A stretch of DNA of 63,230 nt, filler included, from Globobulimina sp. (Eukaryota): NCBI GenBank assembly GCA_003354225.1. It is 18 parts of 18 records of this genome, joined end to end, with 100 filler letters (N's around TTAATTAATTAA, not from the genome) between each part and the next. Parts side by side here need not be neighbours in the genome. Positions count along the whole stretch, not along the records: positions 49,267 to 52,682 come from PIVH01002852.1; positions 52,783 to 56,198 come from PIVH01002853.1; positions 56,299 to 59,714 come from PIVH01002854.1; positions 59,815 to 63,230 come from PIVH01002855.1; 14 more parts are not named here. The stretch is one strand, 5' to 3'. The notes under the pieces are model-generated. The model was not told where the DNA came from, did not search any database, and worked only from the letters and a program-made list of their open reading frames with translations. Numbering within the stretch: the stretch's first letter is position 1; each line of letters starts with the position of its first letter. The position numbers were made by a program, and so were the translations under genes. Shown here in pieces: positions 49,638 through 60,199 of the stretch.

Positions 49638-49826
49638 GATTGGGTAGCGCTGTTCACTTGTTTTGGATTTCTGATTGGAATGGCATTGTCTGCTTCGTTG
49701 TTAAATGCAGTGAGTTCGTGCGTTGTGTCAGTGCTTGTGTTGTATGCGGAAGAACCCAATGTTTTGCTTGAAATGCATCCTGAACAGCATTTAAGATTTG
49801 ATGCAGCTAAAAAAGGAATTGCATAA
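49638..49826 (+). CDS. C-terminal fragment of a CTL/Pns1 (choline transporter-like) membrane protein
   Basis: FLIG...AVSSCVVSVLVLYAEEPNVL..HPE resembles the CTL/Pns1 C-terminus; AT-rich eukaryotic 3' UTR follows. Confidence 0.6.
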   Translation, partial: DWVALFTCFGFLIGMALSASLLNAVSSCVVSVLVLYAEEPNVLLEMHPEQHLRFDAAKKGIA

Positions 49827-50714
49827 TAAATTAGTAATAGTATTTAGTTAGTTTTGCGATTAATATTATTGTTTTGATTCATGATTTTGTTGTTTGTTTT
49901 ATTCTATTTATTGCCGAATTTGTTTTTCATTTTTTTCCCCCATTTTCAAGTTTGATTTTTTCTTGTGTTATATTATTAATGTGATCTTATGGATCTATTA
50001 CATAGTGCAAGGATGCATATGTGGTATATTGACCTATTGCCCTCTTTAAACGCTTTGGTGCCTGGGAGTGTCAGGATCAATGGAAGAATTCCTCGGAATT
50101 ATTTAAATCCTATTCAACAAAACGAACGTTGTGCTTTTAGATGGGGTCATTCTTTGTCGGCCTGAAAAAGCATTTGCGACAAAGAATGATTTGTGTGTAG
50201 CTCGAGGTAATAATTTTTGTTCCTACGATGTAGATCATTGGTGTTTTAAGGTGCTCGAGTACGAGGTGTTTGAAGTCTCGTCTTCTGATTGAAAAGAATC
50301 CAAATATTGCGCGTGTTTTATCATTTGATTTGTTAGTGAACTTATTATTTATGAGAGAATCAGAATAAAATAAAACACGAATACGTATTACTATTTTTGA
50401 AACGGTGTGGTATTTTTTTTTTTGCAAATAATGCAAATTTACCAATTTCCCTAAAAACTGGAATTTCCGAATATTTCAAAAATGAGCAATTTTGCTAAAA
50501 TGCAAAAAATTCAATATTTCGGAATTTGAACACTCCCTTATACCAACTCCACCATTTTTTCAATTTTGTGCATTGGTTCGTTTATCAATTTAAAATAATT
50601 GACAGCAAAGGAATCTTATATTAATTCCTTTGCTGTCAAGAACAAAACACAAAGAGAGCAAACAAATATATTGATATAATTAATTTTTCTTCTTCAAAAC
50701 TTTAACAATAATTC

Positions 50715-51290
50715 CTAAAATGCAACAATAATTCCTACTATTATGCCGACGTACATTTGAAGAGGAACATTTTGTTCGCCTGCACCATCTGTTGGTGACG
50801 GTGTTGGCTTCTTTGTTGGAGAAATAGTTGGGCTCATTGTCGGAGCTAATGTAGGTGATGTTGGATTTTTTGTTGGGGACATAGTTGGACTGATTGTCGG
50901 AGCTAATGTTGGTGCTGATGTTGGGCTCTTTGTTGGGGACATAGTTGGACTCATTGTCGGAGCTAATGTAGGTGCTGAGGTTGGATTTTTTGTTGGGGAC
51001 ATAGATGGGCTCATTGTCGGAGACAATGAAGGTGATGATGTTGGGCTCTTTGTTGGAGAGGTGGTTGGGTTCATTGTTGGAGATATAGTTGGTGCTGAGG
51101 TTGGATTTTTTGTTGGGGACATAGATGGGCTCGTTGTTGGAGATATAGTTGGTGCTGATGTTGGGCTCTTTGTTGGAGACGTCGTAGGGTTGAACGTGGG
51201 AGGTAGTGTTGGTTCCGTTGGATTAACTGTAGGAGGTATTGTTGGTTCCAATGTTGGTTCGTCCGTAGGAGATATGGTTAAAACTGTTTT
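50715..51290 (-). CDS. Mucin-like PT-repeat surface protein (last exon); 5' structure uncertain
   Basis: About 40 xPTx tetrapeptide repeats and a C-terminal hydrophobic tail (GPI/TM-like). Confidence 0.8.
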   Translation of the reverse strand, partial: KTVLTISPTDEPTLEPTIPPTVNPTEPTLPPTFNPTTSPTKSPTSAPTISPTTSPSMSPTKNPTSAPTISPTMNPTTSPTKSPTSSPSLSPTMSPSMSPTKNPTSAPTLAPTMSPTMSPTKSPTSAPTLAPTISPTMSPTKNPTSPTLAPTMSPTISPTKKPTPSPTDGAGEQNVPLQMYVGIIVGIIVAF

Positions 51291-51460
51291 ATATGTTTTC
51301 ATTTGCAAATTTACTGGAAATTTCTGTAAAAAAAAATGTAAATATCTGCATCTTAACGGATTGGTGATGATGGCTGAAATCGAACGATTATAACTACGCC
51401 ACTTATTACAGCGAGAAAAAACAATATGAGCAACGAGATATACACTGGTTTTGTATATCT

Positions 51461-51650
51461 TCCGCAGCACGCTCTTTTGGGCTGTCTTAGCAATGCACGC
51501 TTTTCCTCATTTAGCGTCGATCTGCCATTTATACATAAAGTACGCTTTTCCTCATTTAGCGTCCATCCGCAGCACGCTCTTTTGGGCTGTCTTAGCAATG
51601 TACGCTTTCCCTCATTTAATTAGCGTCGATCTGCCATTTATACATAAAGT
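51461..51650. repeat. Tandem repeat, ~105-bp period, 1.8 copies, with hairpin sub-repeat
   Basis: Units start at 51461 and 51566; sub-unit ACGCT-TTTCCTCATTT-AGCGT occurs three times (third copy variant). Confidence 0.9.
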
Positions 51651-51790
51651 TTGCATGTTTATTGTTACTGATTTATGTATGAGGTACACGAAGGAATGCG
51701 GTAAAAATGTGAATTGAATGGAGTTAAAGTTAGTTTTTTGATGACACCTAGGTCGTAGGTATCATCATTGGGCGTTTTTTTTTACTACAA

Positions 51791-52682
51791 TTAACTTTTT
51801 TGTTTGCTTTTTGATCTTTCTATACAACAGTGTCTAACAATAATTCCTAAAATGACCAATACAAAAGATACCGATAATATTATGAATAAGTACATTTGAA
51901 CATGAACATTTTGTTTGAAACGTTTTAATTGTATCTTGTTATCATATATTACCAGCTGTACATTATCGTCAGTAAATACAAATAAATCCGATGATTGGGA
52001 TTGTCCATGCGTTATGTTTAAAGTTTGTAGATTTAACAACGCCCACGTATACATTCTCTCATATCCGCTATTCGTAATAAACAATACGAAACCACTTAAA
52101 TTACTATAGCTATAGCTATATTTTTTAATATCATCACGAAAAAGTTGAGTATATTTCCATGCTCTGTGTAATTCTCCATACAAAACTTCATCAATATCAA
52201 AGTCAATCATTTTATAAATACCTTCAATGTTTGCATATTTATTGCTTAATGATTTCATATCCAATAAAGTTATATCAATTTTATATTCATTGGGGTAATA
52301 TGGATAAAATTTGTCCATCAAATGATGATAATACTGGATTAGTTTTAGTTTTTTTAGTACTTTAAATAAATCCGCTGTAATCTCTAAATATTCATTGTTT
52401 TCATTATATACAAATAATTCCGAACTTTCAGAATCTCCATATCTGTGTTGTTTTATATCTTGTAAGAACCAGTGATATTTATCTGCTTTGACAATAAACA
52501 ATTGAGATCCTTTGAAATTATCATATTGTACCACGTGATGACTACGTAAAGCTATACCAAAGACAGTCCAATTCTGGTTCAGCATTTGTAATAATTCATC
52601 TGTTATTGTTTCATTACTTTTTTTATACAAACCTTTAATAGTATCACTATACTTTGTATTATTATAATATTGTGATTGTGGG
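51791..52682 (-). CDS. Hypothetical protein with C-terminal TM; 5' partial
   Basis: Long ORF with internal repeat (SSELFVY / SSDLFVF) and terminal hydrophobic helix. Confidence 0.65.
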
Positions 52683-52782
52683 NNNNNNNNNNNNNNNNNN
52701 NNNNNNNNNNNNNNNNNNNNNNNNNNTTAATTAATTAANNNNNNNNNNNNNNNNNNNNNNNNNNNNNNNNNNNNNNNNNNNN

Positions 52783-53485
52783 CAACAAGCCGTATTGTCA
52801 GGGAATGGATGCCATCGCAGCGGGATTATTGTATGTGATGCCGGAGTTAGATGCATTTACTACTTATTCATTGCTAATCAATAAGCACTTTCCAACCTAT
52901 TTTTATTCGGATAAGCATCGCAAGAAAGACTTAATTGGCGCCTACGCTGCGAGTTATTTGTCGTGGGACATCTTGAAAGCGTGCGATAAGGAGATCTTTA
53001 ACCATTTATATGTGCTGCCGGCACACACGTATTTGTTCCCTTTGGTGGCTTCATTCCAAGCCATCTCGCAGCCCTTCACTCAGTTATTGCGGTTATGGGA
53101 CTTTCTGTTTTGTTTTGGCGTGCATTTAAATCCGATATTGGCGGCGGCGCAAATCATATCCAATAAGAAATTGATTATCTCACAGCCGCCGGCGAGGTTG
53201 TTGCAGACCATCTTATCGCAGAGGAAATGGATGAATCAGCGCTTGAAAGCCAAGGAGGTGATCGACTGCGCCATGCATTTGATCATTTTGTTGAAGAAGG
53301 AAAAACACAAAAAATTATGGAGCAACATCGCCAAACATGCCAGCAACTTTGATGTGGCCATACAAATTAAAGCCAAACATCAAGGAACGAGTGCCAGCCA
53401 ATTGACCAAAACCATTACGGCTTCAAACATATCCAACGATGACAGCAAAAGCAACCACAACGACGCTCAAAAAGGCGCTGACTGA
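52783..53485 (+). CDS. BUB2: Bub2/Cdc16-like TBC GAP; 5' partial
   Basis: YCQGMDAIAAGLLYVMPELDAF, DKEIFNHL, YLFP, LRLWDFLFCFGVHLN...AQII. Confidence 0.8.
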
Positions 53486-53647
53486 TTTACTTTATTTTAT
53501 ATTTATAATCTTGTTTCTGAATTCTGATTGTTGTAAAATCAATTTATGATCTTTCCCATTGACTGCATTTATGTTTTACCTTAATATTACTGAGTATTAC
53601 AATGAGTGTGGCGTCAAAGATGTGCAAGGATAAATATCGAGTTTTAT

Positions 53648-54340
53648 TTAATCCCCAAACTCAGCAGCAAGCGCAGCAAGAATAGATTGCTGTTTATCCA
53701 GTTGTTTGGTATTGTTATTTTGCTCTGCTTGATTTCCATTTTTTGTTTCATTTTTGGTCGCTTTGAGTTTATTCAAATCATCATCAGATTGATTACTATC
53801 ATGATCACTGTCATTCTCTTGTTTCGCATTATGGTTATCATTGATTGACTGTTTTCGTACATCGATATTCATCAATTCCTCCAATTCCTTATCCTCCATA
53901 CTTTTATTGTTATTATTTTCTGTTTGTTGACGTTGATTGTTCTCATTATCAATATTCTTGTTATTGTTACTATTATTTTCAGTATTTCTCATTTTCAGTT
54001 TTCTTTCTTTTTTCCTTTGTCGAATCTTTCGTTTTTTGTTTCTTTTTTTTTCTAAAATTTCATCATTTTCACGTTTACGTTTTTTGATTCTTTCATTAAT
54101 TTGGCTAATTTTATGCTCTTTCTTTAATTGTTCCAATCGAAATAGTTCCCTTCTTTTTCCCTGTCGATATTTATGAAATGTACCAGATCCGGCTCCAGCT
54201 GTTGAACCGCAAACATTTTGCACTTTCACATCTTTTAATGACCTCAATAAGTTTGCCGAATTCTTAATGGATTGTGCATCATCAAGTTGTTTTGATCGCG
54301 AATCTGTGTCTTCTTCTTCTTGCTCTGGCAAAAACGACAT
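53648..54340 (-). CDS. PRKRIP1: PRKR-interacting protein 1 (DUF1168), spliceosome-associated
   Basis: Signature VQNVCGSTAGAGSGTFHKYRQGKRRELFRL followed by a basic coiled coil. Confidence 0.92.
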   Translation of the reverse strand: MSFLPEQEEEDTDSRSKQLDDAQSIKNSANLLRSLKDVKVQNVCGSTAGAGSGTFHKYRQGKRRELFRLEQLKKEHKISQINERIKKRKRENDEILEKKRNKKRKIRQRKKERKLKMRNTENNSNNNKNIDNENNQRQQTENNNNKSMEDKELEELMNIDVRKQSINDNHNAKQENDSDHDSNQSDDDLNKLKATKNETKNGNQAEQNNNTKQLDKQQSILAALAAEFGD

Positions 54341-54619
54341 TAGTTTAAAGTTACACTGCTTGTAAAGTTTTTTATCTTTAAATTAAAAAAACACTCAAAT
54401 ACCGATACAGAGTATGATCTGAAAACGAAATGGAGAATAAGAGAGGATTGACATTATCGAAGTACGAAATGGCTAGCACAGTTGTACTTATTTTCGTGTA
54501 ATTATTCATTTTTAGATAAATTTGAATCTGTTGCAGATGTTGACGCGTTATTTGACACTTTTGTTTGTACAATTTTTGTAACACCATCTTTTTTTGTTTG
54601 TTTATGATCTGTTTATATT

Positions 54620-55078
54620 TCAAAAATATGTTTCCATGATCAGATAAATTTTATAGTTAAGTTGAAGGATAGGAACCAAACTCCGCTTTACTGTGCAAAA
54701 TTTATGAATCACATTTGGAGATAAAACCGAAATTGGCGATTGTTGAACAGAATTATCATCATTTTGTTGATATTGATTGGTGGTTATATTTAATTTTAAT
54801 ATTTTTAAAAATGCATTGGAACCATGTCTGTGAGCACCATGTGGTGTATTTGAATATTTTCGTGTATTTGAAAATTTTGGAGAATTAATATTGAATGGAT
54901 CTTCATCTTCTTTTGTTTTATGCTCAACTTCGATACAATTTGCTTTCCAATTATATTCAACATCAATATCGCAGTGATTATCACCAGTTTGAATTTTCTG
55001 TAGACTTAGTTTTTTTGTTTTATGTGCATTCCAATCATATTCTACATCAATATCATCCTCCATTTGAAAAACTTCCAA
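54620..55078 (-). CDS. Hypothetical protein
   Basis: 152-aa ORF with duplicated DIDVEYxWxA motif; the 3' part may be intronic. Confidence 0.4.
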   Translation of the reverse strand: MEVFQMEDDIDVEYDWNAHKTKKLSLQKIQTGDNHCDIDVEYNWKANCIEVEHKTKEDEDPFNINSPKFSNTRKYSNTPHGAHRHGSNAFLKILKLNITTNQYQQNDDNSVQQSPISVLSPNVIHKFCTVKRSLVPILQLNYKIYLIMETYF

Positions 55079-55113
55079 GTACAGTCATTTGAGTCGAAAC
55101 TCCAGTCTTCAAC

Positions 55114-55881
55114 ATGGCAGAACAAAAAGAACCACCACAAATGGATAACAAAACATTAATGAGAGAATTTGCAAACTTAGGCCAAAAACATAATTATGCG
55201 TACCAAGCAAAATTCTTTTTAAATGCATATTGGAAGGAATATAGCAAAGAAGCCGATACTGTGTGGACTTTTTGTCATGAATTTATAGAATTGGATAAAA
55301 AGAGCGAACGGGGTGCAAATTTAGATGAATTTCAATCACATCGCTTGTTAGAAAAGCAAGGTACGGTATTAACAGTGGTTGAAATGAGGAAAGCCTTAAA
55401 AGAAATTGATCTCGACACAGATAATAAAATGAGTTTAATTGAATATTGTGTCTGGAGATATAAAGTGGATATCGCTGTATTAATGACCCGGCCTCAGGGC
55501 GTCAGTAAAGTTTTAGAGGCGGCGGAAGATAAAATTATGCAAATTCAAGCTGATATTAAAAAAATTCGAAAATATAAGAAAAAATGGCATGGCAAAAAAG
55601 CGCCGCAAGCTGGACCCAAAAAAATTATGTATGATCAGGATATGAGTCAATTATCCAATGCTGAGGTAATATGTTTATATTTTTAAATTATCCTTGCACA
55701 GAATATATAATTTGATACATCACAGAGAACATTGGCAGAAGCTTTGGATTTCGCCGTAAAGAAATTAAGAGCAGCTCAGAATAATAAAGATTTAGTGGCT
55801 GCTGGAAAAACATGGTGGTTAAATCGCGAATTGCAAGAAGCCAAAAAATGGGCTGCACCAAAAAAGAAATTCAACAAATAA
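55114..55881 (+). CDS. EF-hand calcium-regulated actin-bundling protein-like (Dictyostelium 34-kDa type); intron 55666-55725
   Basis: QAKFFLNAYW, LDEFQSHRLLE, EF-hand EIDLDTDNKMSLIEY, RPQG; spliced exon 2 gives GKTWWLNRELQEAKK. Confidence 0.8.
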
Positions 55882-56659
55882 TGACATGCTTAATTCTATC
55901 GTTATATTTTTTGTTTCCTTTAATAATTTATGTAAATTACTGTAATTTTTGTTATAAATTTTTCAAATTAGTTCTTTGGGATTTCGGTCTTTCATAAAAT
56001 AGTGGTCTTCCGAGTATCAGAAGCTCCGTTTCTGGACAATAGGATTCAATTTAAACTGTGAATTAAAAAGCATGTTGGCACAACTATTAAAAAGCAACAC
56101 AAGATTGGGACTTACAAACTGAAAGGCAAGAGGTCACTAATTCTGTAACTTACAATACCTGTTTATGCTGAAATACATGAATACTGCATATTTATTACNN
56201 NNNNNNNNNNNNNNNNNNNNNNNNNNNNNNNNNNNNNNNNNNTTAATTAATTAANNNNNNNNNNNNNNNNNNNNNNNNNNNNNNNNNNNNNNNNNNNNAT
56301 GGTTCGAAAGGATTTCGTTTCAGTTTTTTTAGAATGGTGATAATGGAACCACCATCTTCCAGCAGTGCAAGGATATTCTGAAACCAAATCCTTTTTAACC
56401 AATCTACAGGGAAAGTAATACTAAAATCATTTTGCAATTGGCATAGTTTATTTTGTTACAGTCATCTTAGTTTGCATTGTTGTTACTGGATTCGCAGTTA
56501 TCTTTTGTCGTTGTGAAAGAAAGTGAAAAACTTTGTTTTTAGAAACACGATACCGATCGAAGTAATTATTTTTACCGACATCATAATATTTTAGCAAATA
56601 AAAAATTAATGCATGTACTTAATATAAAAAGCAAAAAAAATATCAGAATCATTTTTAAT

Positions 56660-58933
56660 TTAATTAGTATCTGAGTCATCACCTTGATTGGCAGCTAAAT
56701 ACGCCGAAGGTCCATTATTTTCATCATCCGAATAATCATCTTCCTCCTCCTCCTCACTAATATTTAAATTCTGCGCTTGATACTTATTCTTCCCTTGTTT
56801 TTTAAACCTTTTTTGTTTAATTTTCTGTTTCAATTTGTCCCCACCACCAAACAACTTTTGTTTAAATGAATTCATATCCACATTATTCGTAGTAACTGTA
56901 ATCATCTCTCGATGTCCATGGCCATGGCCATGCTCCTCATCCCCATCGCTGTCCGAATAATCCGGCACAGTCGGCTCGATTTGTTCATGTTCATCCAATA
57001 TGGGCACGGCATACTTTTCCAACGTCTTATTCCGTCTCCACAAATAAAGCACGCCTCCCATGAATCCAATCAACAGCATGGAAATTATAACAATGGTCAC
57101 ATTAAACCCGGCATCGCTGTGTTTCTTCGTAGACACACTTCCCGCATTCAACTCAACGCCACAATCCTGTCCAGTATTGCTCTCATCACAGATACAACGC
57201 ACAAACCCCGCCGACGGGTCGGCAATACACATACCAGCACCACTGCACACACTCAAACCCTGCTTTTCCTGCGTGATGCAATTAAAAGGACAGGCCCAGG
57301 CCGTCTCGAATGAGCCTTCAAACTGACAGCCGCCATGGTCGGTGATCTCCGAAGCATCATAAATTACTCCCGACGGTGCTTCAAAAAATTCCACGCGCGT
57401 ATCCGGGCAAATTAAATTTATGCTAAACGCGCAGTTTACGCCATCACTGTCAGAAAATGAGCCATTTCTATACGTAATTTTTATGCCATGAGCGGGGTTA
57501 TCCTCTGTGTCATACAACAGCCACGGAAGTGCCATTACTGTGCCTAACATCAAACATTGATCGACTTCGTTTTTTCCTGAATTATTGGTGTATCGGTACG
57601 CAAATCCCCTCTTTTCAGACGGCGCGTAATTCTCATAACAATCAGTTATGCCGTCACCGGTGATGTCCTCGCAGGGCATGAGAACATTTTGGCAGGCAAT
57701 GGGCAGTAATGTGCTATCAATGGTACCGCCAATATTAAAGTAATACTGATAATCATATTTTTCATTGACTGAAGCGGCGGCCGTGTCATTGATTTGATAG
57801 ACAGTGTCATACGAATGCGCGTTGCTTACATCATAGGTAACGTGGACTTGTGGTTCGGTGATACGACCGGAGATGGGATCTGTCATTGGTATGATGGGTG
57901 AAAACGTGTGCACATAATCACCCTTATCACTGTCAGACTTGGTATTGAGTGGTTTGAACGGTATCATGGCAGCATTTATCTATGTAAGTTAGTGTAGACA
58001 TGACATGTAAGGTTACACAGTGAGTGACAGTGACAGTGACTCAAAAACATCTTTTTATTTCGCAGTGTTTCCACAGCGTGTTTTTTATCACGTCATTGCA
58101 TGATATTTGTGTGCAAGGATATATTTAACTCGTTGGCAAGAAGAACCTGTATAGCCCCAATAACAAAAACAACGCGATCGGTTACTGCCAAAGTCATAGC
58201 CACAAAGCCCTTGCGCGGCGCATAGCGAATTAGCATATGCCGGGCAACCCGCAGGGCAGCCATGCATTGTAAATACAGTTAACTCATAATTGCAAGACTC
58301 CGATGGATTTTCAATCACATCTGTTTGGCGCGGCACTGAGGATGGATCGTTTTCGCATTTTAAATGTATTTTTAATTGTCGATTTGCGCCACATTGGTCG
58401 GACCAGGCCCCGTTAATATATTTGATGGTGATACCTTGAGTGGGATCTAATGCATCATATAAGGAGATGGTATATGGTGCATCTTCATTGGATGATAGTG
58501 GATAACATAATTTTCCATCAGTACGCATTTGATACGCATAGGCTTTGCCATTGATGGACTCTCTCTCATCGACGGTTTGTTGGCAGGTATTGGGTGTGGT
58601 GGATGTATTTATTTTACCCGCTTCACAATATGATAATTTTTGGGTGACGTTGGCTTCTCCATACAAACATAATTTGTCGTTTTGTTCCGGATATTGCACG
58701 ACTGGCGCACATAAATTAAAGTAATAGGTGTATGGCGAAGTGTTTCCGTCGCCACTTCGAACGTCTTGTACCTTGTAATAATCCAATTGACCTTTGGACC
58801 TTAATTGCAAGCCGTAATAATTGAAGGAGACTTTATAGGTTGGGTCGGTGTAGGAACATTTGGATGGATGACTTGTAGCAATGGATATCAATAGTAGCAG
58901 AACAGCAAAGTGTGAGGAGCACATGGCGTGCAT
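56660..58933 (-). CDS. Mannose-6-phosphate-receptor-homology (MRH) x2 plus EGF x2 type I membrane receptor; intron 58129-57980
   Basis: Signal peptide. Two modules with Y.Y.FN, GI.I.Y.NG, I.L.C, C..E....T..(G/A)CP, each followed by an EGF motif. A phase-0 intron with CTAAC branch point joins the two ORFs in frame. TM and acidic cytosolic tail. Confidence 0.85.
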
Positions 58934-59137
58934 GCAACTGATGCAAGCTCGACTGTTTTTAGTTTAAAACGTTTTTTTTTCTCATAAACTCGTGGCTGAA
59001 GCGCAAAAAATTACTCTCATTGCTGAGAAAACAACAAAACATCGTGATATGAATAGCTTCAGTTGTGCAAGGATTGGATAAATATGTCACAATTCACCCT
59101 AGAAAAAGTTGTCAATTGTAAATGTGTAATATGATAT

Positions 59138-59394
59138 CTAGTATCTTCCGCCACCTCTTCCAAAACCACCACGACCAAAACCGCCTCTTCCTCCGCGATT
59201 AAAACCTCCTCTGCGCGCTCCTCTTCTTCCCCTGCTTCCCCGCTGTAGTTGTTGTTGATCTCTATCTCTTTGTCTTTTTGCTTCTTTCGCCCATCTTTTT
59301 AATACTTGAGGCGGTGGATTCCTATTTTTCCTCTCTTGGCGATTTCGCGGACGTACTGTATATCATTATCATTGTTCAATTATTCCATACTCAT
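59138..59394 (-). CDS. Small RGG-rich protein or 3' exon of an RNA-binding protein (not in ORF track)
   Basis: Minus frame reads RPRNRQERKNRNPPPQVLKRWAKE...RGGFNRGGRGGFGRGGFGRGGGRY-TAG; possible 35-nt intron 59390-59356 after the ATG. Confidence 0.5.
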
Positions 59395-59544
59395 ATTTCA
59401 ATATTCAATCAATCGCAATTTCGCAATGTCAAGACCAGAAGCGCCCAGACCACCAAGGCGGGGGCCGATAAGTGCGGTTATCTGCGAGTGATGCCCACAG
59501 CCGACCGCAAGCCGGCCATATCCTGCGCGCACACGCGGCCTTGC

Positions 59545-59714
59545 GCCCGCGTGCAACGCCGCCATACCAGTGATGCAGCAGCATGGGGATATTCTTTGGA
59601 CCACCGAAGATTGGATCCCCGCCCTCCCCGTTAAAAACCCAACAGGTCTCCTGAGAAACGTGGCTGGCAAGCTCAAAATTGGGCATCGTGATCGGGTCGC
59701 CAATCGGTTCGTCG
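59545..59714 (-). CDS. Fragment of bacterial asparagine synthase-like protein (chimeric contig end)
   Basis: DEPIGDPITMPNFEL...VFNGEGGDPIFGG corresponds to the AsnB DEP..D and (S/N)GEG.DE.FGG motifs; GC-rich relative to the host DNA. Confidence 0.75.
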
Positions 59715-60199
59715 NNNNNNNNNNNNNNNNNNNNNNNNNNNNNNNNNNNNNNNNNNNNTTAATTAATTAANNNNNNNNNNNNNNNNNNNNNNNNNNNNNN
59801 NNNNNNNNNNNNNNAAGTGTTGTATGAGATTAAGTAAGGTTTATGATATTATACAAACATTAAATTTAAAAAATATTCGAATTTAAACAATATATTTTGT
59901 CGATCTAAAAAACATTATTTATCTTTGTGTTTGCCTTTGTGATTGGACGGACTGTGTGTCTCTCCAAACTATATTTTTATTTCATATCTATGTACAGATA
60001 CAATTTTGTTATATTTTTTACCGTTTTCTTTTCTTTTTTGTTTACGTTGCATTGTACTGTGTCATATTTATTGCTGAACTTTGTGTTTTCACAATAGTTT
60101 ATGTTAAATTCATCTAATCTAATCTAATATGTGTACATAGAAATTTTGATCATATCTATATATATATATATATGATCACATGACTACATATATCCGTAC

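Noticed and set aside
51461..51650. CRISPR array
   Set aside because: Spacers are duplicated, there are only three short repeats, no cas genes, and the context is eukaryotic.
59426..59714. Plus-strand selenoprotein (ICE-TGA-C readthrough)
   Set aside because: The minus strand encodes a convincing AsnB-like fragment; there is no selenoprotein family match or visible SECIS.
3423..59814. Regularly spaced TTAATTAATTAA motif as a biological array; gene neighbourhoods across spacers; ORFs containing X runs
   Set aside because: It is an artificial linker between length-sorted contigs, so cross-contig synteny and X-containing ORFs are artefacts.
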